A stretch of DNA of 64,000 nucleotides, from assembly GCF_036245625.1 (NCBI RefSeq), contig NZ_BTPD01000004.1:1-64000 (forward strand), written 5' to 3'. The DNA comes from Algoriphagus confluentis (GTDB lineage Bacteria > Bacteroidota > Bacteroidia > Cytophagales > Cyclobacteriaceae). The notes beneath the pieces were generated by a model, which saw nothing but the letters and a program-made list of their open reading frames with translations, searched no databases and was not told the DNA's origin. The position numbers and the translations under genes were made by a program. Position 1 is the stretch's first letter. Each line of letters opens with the position of its first letter. Below, piece after piece: positions 38,158 through 47,880 of the stretch.

Positions 38158-39048
38158 ATGAAAACCAAATTTAAATCAGGAATTCTTTTAGCAAGCGCCA
38201 TCTTATTGTTTGCTCAATGCTCTTCTCCCAAAACAGAAAGCTCCGAAGAAATGGCTACCGAGGAAAGCACAGCTATGAAAACACCAAGCCTTACTCTCCT
38301 TTGGGAAACTCCCGCAGAACTGATCACCAATGAATCGGTCCTTTTTGACCCATCAAGCGGCAACCTGTATGTGTCCACTATCGGAGGAATGGATCCCTTG
38401 GAAAAAGACGGCAAAGGTTCGATAGCGATCGTTTCTACGGCTGGAGAAATCCTCAACCCTGCTTGGGTGACGGGATTGAATGCCCCAAAAGGCATGGCTA
38501 TTTCTGAGGGAAAACTTTACGTAACCGACATCGATGAATTTGTAGAAATCGATATTGCTTCCGCTACAATTTCAAACAAATGGAAAGTTGAGGGAGCGCA
38601 GTTTCTTAACGACGTGGCTGCCCACAACGGAACCGTTTACTTTACGGACATGAATACGGGTAAGGTCCATACCTATGCAGAAGGTAGTATCTCCACTATT
38701 TCCGAAGGAAATTCCTCAATAAACGGGATAGCAGTAGCCAATGACGGGACCATTTATGGATTGGATGCCTCTGGACTGAAAAAATGGAATGCTGATGGCA
38801 CCACTACGATTGTGAACTCTACGGTAACCGGCGGAGATGGCTTGATTATTTTGGGAGACGGCAATTTTGTAGCTTCTAGATGGCAGGGAGAAATTTGGTT
38901 TGCCTCAGCAGACGGAGAGACCAATATGCTTGACACCAAAGCCGCAGAGTCCAATACCGCAGATATCGGATATAACCCAGCCGAAAAGGTGGTATACGTG
39001 CCTACCTTCTTCAAAAATAAAGTAGCGGCCTACAAGCTCGATTACTAA
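38158..39048 (+). CDS. Beta-propeller (SMP-30/gluconolactonase/NHL-like) lipoprotein
   Basis: Lipoprotein signal LLFAQCSS and repeated LYVTD / VYFTDMNTGKV / IYGLD blade-like motifs. Confidence 0.4.
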   Translation: MKTKFKSGILLASAILLFAQCSSPKTESSEEMATEESTAMKTPSLTLLWETPAELITNESVLFDPSSGNLYVSTIGGMDPLEKDGKGSIAIVSTAGEILNPAWVTGLNAPKGMAISEGKLYVTDIDEFVEIDIASATISNKWKVEGAQFLNDVAAHNGTVYFTDMNTGKVHTYAEGSISTISEGNSSINGIAVANDGTIYGLDASGLKKWNADGTTTIVNSTVTGGDGLIILGDGNFVASRWQGEIWFASADGETNMLDTKAAESNTADIGYNPAEKVVYVPTFFKNKVAAYKLDY

Positions 39049-39068
39049 GCCAAAATTCAATATTCAAG

Positions 39069-39098
39069 AAAGGGAGCTGGAATAAGTTCCCTTTTTTA
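39069..39098 (+). terminator. Rho-independent terminator
   Basis: AAAGGGAGCTGG-aataa-GTTCCCTTTTTT. Confidence 0.55.
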
Positions 39099-39236
39099 TT
39101 TCCAAGTAGGTTTAAATCCACTCATGGAAACTCAAATGAGGATTAGAGTTTTTACATATCTATTCTGCATTATTGTCCTTACCTTTATAAGGATTCAAAC
39201 CAGAATTCAAGATAAGAGTCAGATAACCCGAATATT

Positions 39237-40235
39237 ATGAGTTCAAAACCTATCAATTACGAGCTGGAAAAAAATATGGAAGTCATTTCCCAGCTGGATG
39301 CCATCGTGGGCGATGCTGTAGATAATGTGCTGGTGGATCCCGATGAATGCTGGCAGCCGTCTGATTTCTTGCCAGACATGTCCAATCCAGAGGCTTTAGA
39401 AGATATCAAGCTTCTGCAAATGAGGGCAGAGGGAATTCCGGATACAGTATTGACCTCTTTGGTAGGGAATATGATCACTGAGGAGGCGTTGCCTTCCTAT
39501 CAGACCTATTTCAATCTTCTGGAAGGAATCAACGAGGAGAGAAGTCTACTTTCTCCTTCAGGATGGGTAAGGTGGTCCAAAGCATGGACCGCAGAGGAAA
39601 ATAGACACGGAGACTTGCTAAACAAGTACCTCTATCTGACAGGAAGAGTAGATATGAAAGCCGTAGAGCAAACTATCCATCGCCTGATTTCCAATGGGTT
39701 TGACCCTAAGTCGGAATCTGATCCCTATCAGGCAATGATTTACACTTCCTTTCAGGAAAGAGCTACCAAAATCTCTCACGTGAACACCGGAAAACTGGCG
39801 GACAAGGCCGGAGACCATGTTTTGGCGAGAATTTGCAAAACCATAGCCGGAGATGAAGCCAGACATGAAAAAGCCTACAAGACCTTTATGTCTAAGATTT
39901 TTGAAATTGATCCCAGTGGGGCCATGGTTGCTTTTGAGAAAATGATGCGAAAGCAAATCGTGATGCCTGCTGTACTCATGGGTGAAGGCGGTAGCAGACA
40001 GTCTTTGTATAGGGATTTTTCAGAAATCACCCAAAAAGTGGGCATTTACACAGGTTGGGATTATGCCCGAATCATTCAGCACCTGGTCGACCACTGGAAG
40101 GTAGAGGCTGTGACAGGGCTCAATGACCTGGCAGCAAAAGCACAGGATTACCTATCCAACTTAGCAGACAGGTACATGAGATTGGCAGACCGGATAAAAG
40201 CCCCAGATGAAGTCAAACTCGCCTGGTTGAAATAA
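39237..40235 (+). CDS. Soluble acyl-ACP desaturase (diiron, plant/actinobacterial DesA type)
   Basis: Both diiron ligand motifs are present: WTAEENRHGDLL and AGDEARHEKAY (the EENRH and DExRH helices). Total 332 aa. Confidence 0.75.
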   Translation: MSSKPINYELEKNMEVISQLDAIVGDAVDNVLVDPDECWQPSDFLPDMSNPEALEDIKLLQMRAEGIPDTVLTSLVGNMITEEALPSYQTYFNLLEGINEERSLLSPSGWVRWSKAWTAEENRHGDLLNKYLYLTGRVDMKAVEQTIHRLISNGFDPKSESDPYQAMIYTSFQERATKISHVNTGKLADKAGDHVLARICKTIAGDEARHEKAYKTFMSKIFEIDPSGAMVAFEKMMRKQIVMPAVLMGEGGSRQSLYRDFSEITQKVGIYTGWDYARIIQHLVDHWKVEAVTGLNDLAAKAQDYLSNLADRYMRLADRIKAPDEVKLAWLK

Positions 40236-40300
40236 ACCTTCAAGTCCTTCTGAAAAGAGGGACTTTTTTGTAAATACTAATTCCATTACCACTCAAGAAA

Positions 40301-41596
40301 ATGAAGTATCCTGTTTTCCTCCTTCTTTTTGTTCTTTTTGTTTTTCAGCCAAAAAGTACCGCCCAAGACCTCAAAGTCAACATGGATAGGCTGCATTCCA
40401 GCCTGATGACCTTATCTACCTATGGAAAAAATGAAAAAGGAGGCAGCGACCGGGTAGCTTATTCCTCACACGATATAGAGGCCCGAAGTTTTATCAAAGA
40501 CCTAATGATTAAGGCTGGTATGGAGGTTCGTGTGGATTTTGCGGGAAACATAATTGGAAAAAGGCCCGGAAGAGATCGGGACAAGGCTCCCATCGCTTTT
40601 GGTTCTCATATTGATGAAGTCCCCAACGGAGGAGACTACGACGGTCCTGTGGGTACTCTGAGTGCCATTGAAGTGGTCCAGGTTTTAGCTGAAAACAGAC
40701 TTTATACCGATCATCCTTTGGAAGTGATTGTTTTCGCCAATGAAGAGGGAGGGGTGATCGGAAGTCGTGCTCTTGTGGGTGAATTGAGCCAAGAAGCGCT
40801 ACAGGTAGTCAGCAATGCCGGAGTGACTCAAGCTGAAGGAATAAAGCTTCTTGGAGGCAATCCGGAAAGAATCCCAGAAATAAAGCGAAATCCGGGTGAC
40901 ATAGCCGCATTTTTGGAATTGCACATCGAGCAAGGAGGAAATCTTTATAATGAAAAACTGAATATCGGTGTGGTCGAAGGCATAGTCGCTATCGAATGGT
41001 GGGAGATTTCGTTCAAGGGCAAGGCCAATCATGCCGGCACTACGCCCATGAATATGCGAAAAGACCCCATGCTTCCGGCGGCGGAGTTGATCTTGGAAGT
41101 CAATCGGATTGTTAATTCTTTCGAAGGGAGGCAGGTGGGGACTGTGGGGAAAATTCAAGCTTTCCCTGGGGCTGGAAATGTAATCCCGGGAGAAGTAAAA
41201 CTCAATCTTGAAATCAGAGACCTTTCTTCTGAAAAAATCTGGACGATCTACAAAGAAATCGAATCTAAGGCAAAGGAATTAGCTGAAAAAAGTGGAACTC
41301 AATTGGACATCGAGCATATCGAGGTAGCCAGCAAACCGGCTTTGGCAGACCCCATGATCCGTGAGGTAATCAAAAATCAGGCGGACATACTTGGCCTCAG
41401 CGCCAAAAGTCTTCCAAGCGGAGCAGGCCATGATGCACAGGAAATGGCCCGAATAGCCCCAATGGGCATGATCTTTATTCCAAGCAAGGATGGTATCAGT
41501 CATTCCCCTGAGGAGTTTTCTTCCAAAGAGGACATCGCCAATGGGGCAAATGTTCTATTGGGAACAATCTTGAGCTTAGACCGCTTGTTAAAGTAG
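40301..41596 (+). CDS. M20-family Zn-dependent amidohydrolase (N-carbamoyl-amino-acid / allantoate amidohydrolase-like)
   Basis: Signal peptide, metal-binding FGSHIDEVPNGGDYDG, later HAG and GAGHD motifs, and 431 aa. Confidence 0.65.
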   Translation: MKYPVFLLLFVLFVFQPKSTAQDLKVNMDRLHSSLMTLSTYGKNEKGGSDRVAYSSHDIEARSFIKDLMIKAGMEVRVDFAGNIIGKRPGRDRDKAPIAFGSHIDEVPNGGDYDGPVGTLSAIEVVQVLAENRLYTDHPLEVIVFANEEGGVIGSRALVGELSQEALQVVSNAGVTQAEGIKLLGGNPERIPEIKRNPGDIAAFLELHIEQGGNLYNEKLNIGVVEGIVAIEWWEISFKGKANHAGTTPMNMRKDPMLPAAELILEVNRIVNSFEGRQVGTVGKIQAFPGAGNVIPGEVKLNLEIRDLSSEKIWTIYKEIESKAKELAEKSGTQLDIEHIEVASKPALADPMIREVIKNQADILGLSAKSLPSGAGHDAQEMARIAPMGMIFIPSKDGISHSPEEFSSKEDIANGANVLLGTILSLDRLLK

Positions 41597-41618
41597 TTTT
41601 TTTGACAAAACCATCCCC

Positions 41619-43145
41619 ATGAATCCACACAAAATCGATTCGATCGCGCTCGAGTTATTGAAACTCTCAGACTATCAGGAACTGAAAAAAGCTATGGTTT
41701 CTTCCTATCGGTCCATGCCGGACGCCTATTGGAAAGAAGCCCAGATTGAGACCCTGATTTCAAAATTTCCGGAAGGTCAGGTAGTGATCAAAATCAACGG
41801 TTTCTTGGCAGGATGTGCGCTTTCCATTATCGTCCATGAAGATCTCTTGGAAGGGGAACATACCTATGTGGATGTGACGGAGAATTTCACCTTTGACTCC
41901 CATGCAGACGATGGAGATCTTTTGTACGGGATTGATGTATTCATCAAACCGGAATTCAGAGGGCTTAGACTTGGCAGGAGATTGTATGACTACCGCAAGG
42001 AACTCTGTGAAAAATTGAATCTGAAAGGAATTGTATTTGGAGGGAGGATTCCCAATTATCACCGATATTCAGATCAAATGAGCCCCAAAGAATACCTGGA
42101 AAAGGTGCGAATGAAAGAAATCTACGACCCGGTTTTAAACTTTCAATTGGCCAATGATTTTCACCCGAGCAGAATTCTCACCAACTACTTGGAAGGAGAT
42201 AAAGCTTCGAAAGAATTTGCGGTGATGCTGGAATGGAATAATGTGTATTACGAAAAACCTTCCAAAAAGCCTCTTCCCAACAAAACCATTGTCCGGCTTG
42301 GGTTGATACAATGGCAAATGAGACTCTATGAAAACCTTGATGAGCTCATGCAGCAGGCAGAATATTTTATCGATGCAGTATCTGGCTATCGGTCTGATTT
42401 TGCCTTATTTCCCGAGCTTTTCAATGCCCCCCTCATGGCTGAGTTCAATCACCTTTCGGAAGCCGATGCCGTAAGAGGGCTTGCCAAGTTTACTGACGAG
42501 ATTCGGGATAGATTTTCCAAATTGTCCGTAGCCTATAATATCAATATCGTCACCGGTTCTATGCCAAAAATGATTGAAAACAAGCTTTTCAATGTAGGTT
42601 ATCTCTGCAAACGGGACGGAACCGTAGAGCACTACGAAAAGCTGCACGTCACCCCTTTGGAATCCAGAGTTTGGGGCATGCAGGGAGGGAGTCAACTCAT
42701 GGCATTTGATACCGATTGCGGAAAAATCGGCATTCTGATTTGCTATGATGCGGAATTCCCCGAGCTGTCCAGAATCCTGGCTGAGCAGGGAATGGACATT
42801 TTATTTATCCCTTTCCTGACCGATACACAAAACGGATATTCCCGGGTGAGGCACTGTGCTATGGCGAGAGCAATAGAAAATGAATGCTATGTAGCGATGG
42901 CGGGAAGTGTGGGCAACCTTCCCAAAGTCCACAACATGGACATGCAATATGCTCAGTCCATGGTGATTACACCCTGCGACTTCCCCTTTCCGAGCAATGG
43001 AATCAAAGCAGAGGCTACCCCCAATACCGAAATGACCTTGATCGCGGATGTAGACCTTTCTCTCCTTCGTGAACTTAACGAATTTGGAAGTGTTAGAAAT
43101 CTTAAAGACAGGAGAAAAGACCTCTTTGAACTCAGAAAAAAGTAA
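41619..43145 (+). CDS. Bifunctional GNAT acetyltransferase / carbon-nitrogen hydrolase (nitrilase-superfamily) protein
   Basis: N-terminal GNAT-like region (FIKPEFRGLRLGRRL) and a C-terminal CN-hydrolase region with catalytic-Cys context GILICYDAEFPE. Confidence 0.65.
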   Translation: MNPHKIDSIALELLKLSDYQELKKAMVSSYRSMPDAYWKEAQIETLISKFPEGQVVIKINGFLAGCALSIIVHEDLLEGEHTYVDVTENFTFDSHADDGDLLYGIDVFIKPEFRGLRLGRRLYDYRKELCEKLNLKGIVFGGRIPNYHRYSDQMSPKEYLEKVRMKEIYDPVLNFQLANDFHPSRILTNYLEGDKASKEFAVMLEWNNVYYEKPSKKPLPNKTIVRLGLIQWQMRLYENLDELMQQAEYFIDAVSGYRSDFALFPELFNAPLMAEFNHLSEADAVRGLAKFTDEIRDRFSKLSVAYNINIVTGSMPKMIENKLFNVGYLCKRDGTVEHYEKLHVTPLESRVWGMQGGSQLMAFDTDCGKIGILICYDAEFPELSRILAEQGMDILFIPFLTDTQNGYSRVRHCAMARAIENECYVAMAGSVGNLPKVHNMDMQYAQSMVITPCDFPFPSNGIKAEATPNTEMTLIADVDLSLLRELNEFGSVRNLKDRRKDLFELRKK

Positions 43146-43165
43146 ACACTCAAATTCACCAAGAG

Positions 43166-44008
43166 ATGAAAATCATAAAGAAAACTCACAAAGCGGAATA
43201 CAGGCCCATTGACGATTTGGTCACTTACAGCCCAATGCCCACCCGTTCACTCTCTATGATTGACCCGTTTTTATTTCTGAATCACCACGGATTCCAAACG
43301 TATCCTTCACCAAATCAAGGATTGCCCTTTGGTCCCCATCCACACAGGGGCATGGAAACCGTGACTTTCATTTTAGAAGGCGATATCATGCACTCAGATT
43401 CCACAGGTAAAAACTCAGTCATTGGACCTGGGGGTGTACAGTACATGACCGCAGGCAAAGGGCTGATTCATGCAGAAGTCTCGAGTCCGGAGTTTAAGCG
43501 TAAAGGCGGAGATTTGGAAATTCTTCAGCTTTGGCTGAATCTTCCTGCCTCCAAAAAAATGATTGCCCCGAATTACATCGGTCTTCAAAAAGAGGATATC
43601 CCCGCATTCGAACTGGACAAAGGAAAGGTTCGAGTTCAGCAGTTGTTTGGAGAGTGGAACGGAGTAAAGGGAGCTTTTGAAGGAAATTTCCCGATCCAAA
43701 TGAGCACGATCTATTTAGACAAGGGTGGAAAATTCGAAAAGTCCATTCCCGCCTCAGAAAATGTGTTTTTCTATATCGTCAGGGGAGAGCTTAAAGTAAA
43801 TGGCGAGGGCCTACACATGAGGCATTTAATTGAATTTGCCAATTCTGGGGAAAAAATAGAGGTGGAAGCTTTGGAGGAGTCAATCTTGATTTTGGGTCAT
43901 GCCTTGCCTTTCAACGAGCCTGTAGTAGCTCAGGGGCCTTTTGTGATGAATACCCAACAGCAGATTTACGAAGCTTATCAAGATTACCAAGCTGGAGGGT
44001 TTGCTTGA
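43166..44008 (+). CDS. Pirin-family cupin protein
   Basis: HPHRGMETVTFILEG metal-binding motif and a bicupin-sized 280 aa. Confidence 0.8.
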   Translation: MKIIKKTHKAEYRPIDDLVTYSPMPTRSLSMIDPFLFLNHHGFQTYPSPNQGLPFGPHPHRGMETVTFILEGDIMHSDSTGKNSVIGPGGVQYMTAGKGLIHAEVSSPEFKRKGGDLEILQLWLNLPASKKMIAPNYIGLQKEDIPAFELDKGKVRVQQLFGEWNGVKGAFEGNFPIQMSTIYLDKGGKFEKSIPASENVFFYIVRGELKVNGEGLHMRHLIEFANSGEKIEVEALEESILILGHALPFNEPVVAQGPFVMNTQQQIYEAYQDYQAGGFA

Positions 44009-44332
44009 TCAATTCAGTTGATTATCTGACCTGATTTTCTCAGCCTGATCCAGACCATCCTGCAATCTCCTCAGAGATTCAATGGATTGTCTGGATTTTT
44101 CTTGATCAATGGTCAGCTCCAATCCACATCCGTGGCAAAGCACAGGCTCATAATTGATCAAAGATGCAATGCTGATGACTAGTTTGGTACCGCATTCCGG
44201 GCAGGAAAGCCCCGGCTGACGCGCTACTTCTACGATTGGAGTTTTTTCCGGCTCAGCAGGTTGGGACTCCTTTTTCCCTATCCCAAACCAGCTTAGAATC
44301 CGGTCTTTGAAGGTGACAATCCAATTGGCCAT
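44009..44332 (-). CDS. Small zinc-ribbon protein, 4th gene of the unknown operon
   Basis: 107 aa with CPECG-N20-CHGCG, i.e. two CxxC pairs. Its start overlaps the upstream gene's stop (TAATG). Its stop abuts the pirin stop (TGATCA). Confidence 0.5.
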   Translation of the reverse strand: MANWIVTFKDRILSWFGIGKKESQPAEPEKTPIVEVARQPGLSCPECGTKLVISIASLINYEPVLCHGCGLELTIDQEKSRQSIESLRRLQDGLDQAEKIRSDNQLN

Positions 44333-44874
44333 TAGGTCTCTTTGTTTGCGTTATCCAAAATATTCAGCAGTTGAACCATTCCGATGGCAGGTTCGGCCTG
44401 GGCCAGTCTGATTTTGACATTCATATTTGCTGTGGCAGCTTGGGTGGTATTGGGCTGATTTGGGGTGGGCTTTTTCCCGAATATCCCCTTCAACCTTAAG
44501 GCACTGGTATCGCCGATAAATTTATTCCCAATGGAACCTCCGCTTTTGGGAACGCTTGCAGATTGGTCCGGCTGGGAAAGGGCTAAGTCAAACTCGATCT
44601 CTGCCTCAGCTACTTTTAAGGAGGGGATGGGAATGATAGTCAATAAGGGAACGGCTATTTTGGCAGTTTTGGATGAACCGTCAGCCTCCACTTTTTGATA
44701 AGAGAAAATGATATTTCTTACCTCCCCAAAGTCCTCCTCACTGGATGTGGAAGTCTTGGAAAAACCCACTTCCTGAATGAATTCAGCAGTCGCTTTGGCT
44801 GCAATCGCCTCTGCCTGAACTACCGCAGCCAAAGGTGCTCCTAAAAGGTCAGAAATGTATCTGGGAGTGATCAT
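44332..44874 (-). CDS. Unknown-function protein, paralogue of 46077-46766 (possibly DUF2589-like)
   Basis: 180 aa. LLGAPLAAVVQAEAIAAKATAEFIQEVGF...FGEVRNIIFSY...IAVPLLTIIPIPSLKVAEAEIEFDLAL aligns position-by-position with the first gene of the operon. Confidence 0.5.
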   Translation of the reverse strand: MITPRYISDLLGAPLAAVVQAEAIAAKATAEFIQEVGFSKTSTSSEEDFGEVRNIIFSYQKVEADGSSKTAKIAVPLLTIIPIPSLKVAEAEIEFDLALSQPDQSASVPKSGGSIGNKFIGDTSALRLKGIFGKKPTPNQPNTTQAATANMNVKIRLAQAEPAIGMVQLLNILDNANKET

Positions 44875-44885
44875 CGTTTTTTGGA

Positions 44886-46040
44886 TTAAAGAATGGAAGT
44901 TTTGTTTTCGTCATCAAGGAGAGTAAAATCCTGTGATCCAAGCGTAAACCTGATGGTAGCGATACTTTCGGGCTTGGCCTTGCTGATTGCTTCGCTATCC
45001 ACTGAGACCTGCATCTTGGTCACCACATTATCGGAAAGGATCTTGCTTGCACTACTTTCAAATAATGGCATTTTCTTGGCCAAGACTCGCTCTGCTAATC
45101 GGGCCATGGTCAGATCTTCTTCAAAATCATCTTTTGGATTAGGGGCGGGGGTATTTCCCGGACGTTTGGATGCAGAGGCACCGCTCATCCAGATTGGCTT
45201 TATTCCTGTAGCCTTATTTAGTGCGGCTGCCTTTTCTGAAACCGATTTATCAAAAAAGGCCTTTGAAGCTCCAGTCCCTATTTTTTGGGAAGATGCGCTG
45301 ATCTCTACTTCCTTATTCCCAACCTTCACTTTCGCAATTTCAGATTTACTTTCGGTGTCTTTTTTGGTCACTCCCACTTCCACCTTTCCTTTTTTCAAAG
45401 ATTCTGAGAATAGCTTGGCTTCAGCGAGTGCTTTTCCGCTATCCTCAAACCTCTCATTGATTACAAACTCTGCTTGTCCTTTTTTATCCAAGCCAATTAC
45501 CTGAAATTCACCCGTTTCTAGAGGAATTACAGCCAGAGAGGAGTTTTTCTGAACGACAGGAAATAAGGGTTGCAGATTTTTTGTGAAGGAATCCTTAACC
45601 AAAGCAGTCATTTTTATTGGATCATTGGTTTTGATTCCCTCCAAAAGGGTATCCTCGATTTGTTCAGAAAGGGATTTTTCCCATTCCTCTGAGGGATAGG
45701 AACTACCCAGCCCCTTGTATAACTCATTGGTTTGGGTCAGATTCTTAAGCTGAGATTTGATTTCAGCCGCGGTTTCTTTTGAAAAAACTGCTGCCAAATC
45801 AGCAAGTCTTTGCTTGGAAAGAGCTGGATTGGCGGGCTTTTCTTCTACACCGGTGACGGCGTATTTGATTTCCACTTCCAGATGTTGAATTCCTATCCTA
45901 GGGACAGGAAAATACCTAAGAATCTGATCTGAAGCATAGGCTTTGGCTATTTCTCTGGATGCCTCATCGGCCTTGGATTTGGCCTCATTGATATCGCTGA
46001 GTATAGACGCAATTATTCCATTTAACTGGCTCATAGTCAA
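44886..46040 (-). CDS. Unknown-function protein (384 aa) sharing the N-terminal module of its neighbours, with a Lys/Glu-rich central region
   Basis: IIASILSDINEAKSKADEASREIAKAYAS...YFPVPRIGIQHLEVEIKYAV parallels the helix and hPhP-beta motif of the flanking paralogues. The central region is K/E-rich, of repeat-like low complexity. Confidence 0.45.
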   Translation of the reverse strand: MTMSQLNGIIASILSDINEAKSKADEASREIAKAYASDQILRYFPVPRIGIQHLEVEIKYAVTGVEEKPANPALSKQRLADLAAVFSKETAAEIKSQLKNLTQTNELYKGLGSSYPSEEWEKSLSEQIEDTLLEGIKTNDPIKMTALVKDSFTKNLQPLFPVVQKNSSLAVIPLETGEFQVIGLDKKGQAEFVINERFEDSGKALAEAKLFSESLKKGKVEVGVTKKDTESKSEIAKVKVGNKEVEISASSQKIGTGASKAFFDKSVSEKAAALNKATGIKPIWMSGASASKRPGNTPAPNPKDDFEEDLTMARLAERVLAKKMPLFESSASKILSDNVVTKMQVSVDSEAISKAKPESIATIRFTLGSQDFTLLDDENKTSIL

Positions 46041-46076
46041 GTAGAGGTTTGAAATTAAAAATAGAAGGAGGATGGA

Positions 46077-46766
46077 TTAACCCCCTCCTCCCCCACCACT
46101 AGCTGGTTTTTCCAAAATAGCCTGTTCCATGATATCCAATACTTTGGCGAGACCGGCAGGCATTTCGTCCTGAACAGCCTTCACCTGAATATCCATGGTA
46201 TATTGAGTGGAAGTATTGACTTTGTTGCTCTGATGACTGCTCCAATTGTTTCGTGTAGACACTTTGGCATTGAGATTAAACTTTACCGGAGAGAAGAATC
46301 CGCCTGCCTTGAAGCTCATTGTCGTATCTGTTGCGACACTAGCACTGCTGGCACTTCCACTTTTATACTCTTGCTGCTCAGTGATGTTGGCTGTAAACTG
46401 GATAGTCATCTCCTGAATCCGGATAAAAGGAATCGGTACAATGGTAAGAATTGGTACAGTCAAAGTTACCGTTTCTTCTCCTGCGTCATTCCCGCCTGCG
46501 CTTCCTCCTGCAGTCTTTCTGGAATAGCGGAAAGTAACATTACGTACGTCACCAAGGGTTTCGTCTTGGTCGCCGTTTTGCTCTTCTGGAGCTGACTTAA
46601 AACCTACCTCTTTGATGAAGTTCACAGTGGATTTCGCGGCGAGGCCTTGGGATTGAATGGCCGCTACCATGGGGCCCCCTATGATTCTGCCAAAAGGCAG
46701 GGAGCGAAGGGTTCGATTTACATAACTCATAATAAAATTATTTATGGTGGAAAAAAAGGAATTCAA
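46077..46766 (-). CDS. Unknown-function protein, paralogue of 44332-44874 (possibly DUF2589-like)
   Basis: 229 aa. IIGGPMVAAIQSQGLAAKSTVNFIKEVGF...LGDVRNVTFRY...LTVPILTIVPIPFIRIQEMTIQFTANI, a Gly/Ser-rich linker and a C-terminal GGGGGG tail. Confidence 0.5.
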   Translation of the reverse strand: MNSFFSTINNFIMSYVNRTLRSLPFGRIIGGPMVAAIQSQGLAAKSTVNFIKEVGFKSAPEEQNGDQDETLGDVRNVTFRYSRKTAGGSAGGNDAGEETVTLTVPILTIVPIPFIRIQEMTIQFTANITEQQEYKSGSASSASVATDTTMSFKAGGFFSPVKFNLNAKVSTRNNWSSHQSNKVNTSTQYTMDIQVKAVQDEMPAGLAKVLDIMEQAILEKPASGGGGGG

Positions 46767-47034
46767 AAATCAGAGGTCCAATTGGACAAAATCGAATACT
46801 AAACGATTGAAAGTAAGGAATTTAAAATTGTAAAGTCAAGCAAAACCGAATTAAGAAAAACTTCTTGATGCTGATTTGATAGAATTTCACCTAGACAATC
46901 CCCAATTTTTACCAAATTTTATATGCCAAAAAAAAGAAAAAAGCAAAACCTTGCAACCCTCCTAAAATCTTACTTTCCTAAAGCAGACATCGGAAAAATG
47001 GAAGAGAAAATATGCTCCCATTTACCTTGGCTGA

Positions 47035-47811
47035 TTAGGAGGCGTCGATAATATCCTGAGAAATGAGCCGGTAGATTTCTGCGACTTGCTCATTATAATT
47101 CAAAAACTTGACGTGCTCCTCCAAGGTCTCATAATCCTCTCTTACTGCCGGACCCGTCTGTGCCTTTTTTGCTCCAATTTGCAGACTTTTAGAAATGGTT
47201 TCAATAATTAGAGGTTTGAGCATCTCAAAATCCAAACCCTGCCGTCTCATGATTTCCTCCGCTATTCTGATCATATGATTGGAAAAATTGCTGGCAAATA
47301 CAGCCGCTATATGCACTGCCTTCCGATCTTTAGAACGGACGTTAAATGTCAGAGGAGAAAGACTTTTTGCCAATTTTTTCAGCTTTTGGAGCACCTCTTC
47401 ATCCTCTGCTTCCAAAAGAAACGGGACCTCATCCATATCGATTTTTTTCCCTTTGGTAAATGACTGAAGAGGGTAAAAAATCCCCGTGAAACTGGCCGAA
47501 CTGTATCCCAAAATATCCAAGGGCATTGTACCGGAAGTATGGACAAGAATGCTTCCTTCAGGCAAAATAACCGCATCGGCTACTTCAGGAATGGCGGTAT
47601 CTTTGACTGCCAAAATGAAGATTTGTGCCTTACTTTCCGAAAAATCCAAATCGTCCTTGGGCTCTGCAGCATAAACCCGCTCAGTAATTTCCGTGGCTTT
47701 TGCCAACTCACGGGAATATACCTCAGTAATTTCATGCCCGGCATCTTCCAAGGCAGGAGCGAGTTGCCAAGCTACATTTCCTGCTCCTATCAGGGCTATT
47801 TTGAACTTCAT
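47035..47811 (-). CDS. Rossmann-fold NAD(P)-binding protein (DUF2520-like)
   Basis: N-terminal dinucleotide-binding motif IALIGAGNVA and 258 aa. Family name is from memory. Confidence 0.45.
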   Translation of the reverse strand: MKFKIALIGAGNVAWQLAPALEDAGHEITEVYSRELAKATEITERVYAAEPKDDLDFSESKAQIFILAVKDTAIPEVADAVILPEGSILVHTSGTMPLDILGYSSASFTGIFYPLQSFTKGKKIDMDEVPFLLEAEDEEVLQKLKKLAKSLSPLTFNVRSKDRKAVHIAAVFASNFSNHMIRIAEEIMRRQGLDFEMLKPLIIETISKSLQIGAKKAQTGPAVREDYETLEEHVKFLNYNEQVAEIYRLISQDIIDAS

Positions 47812-47880
47812 CTTTGAATGAAATCAAAATTCAGCAAAAAGCAAAAAAACTAGAAAAACCCATCAATTCACATCGGGCAA

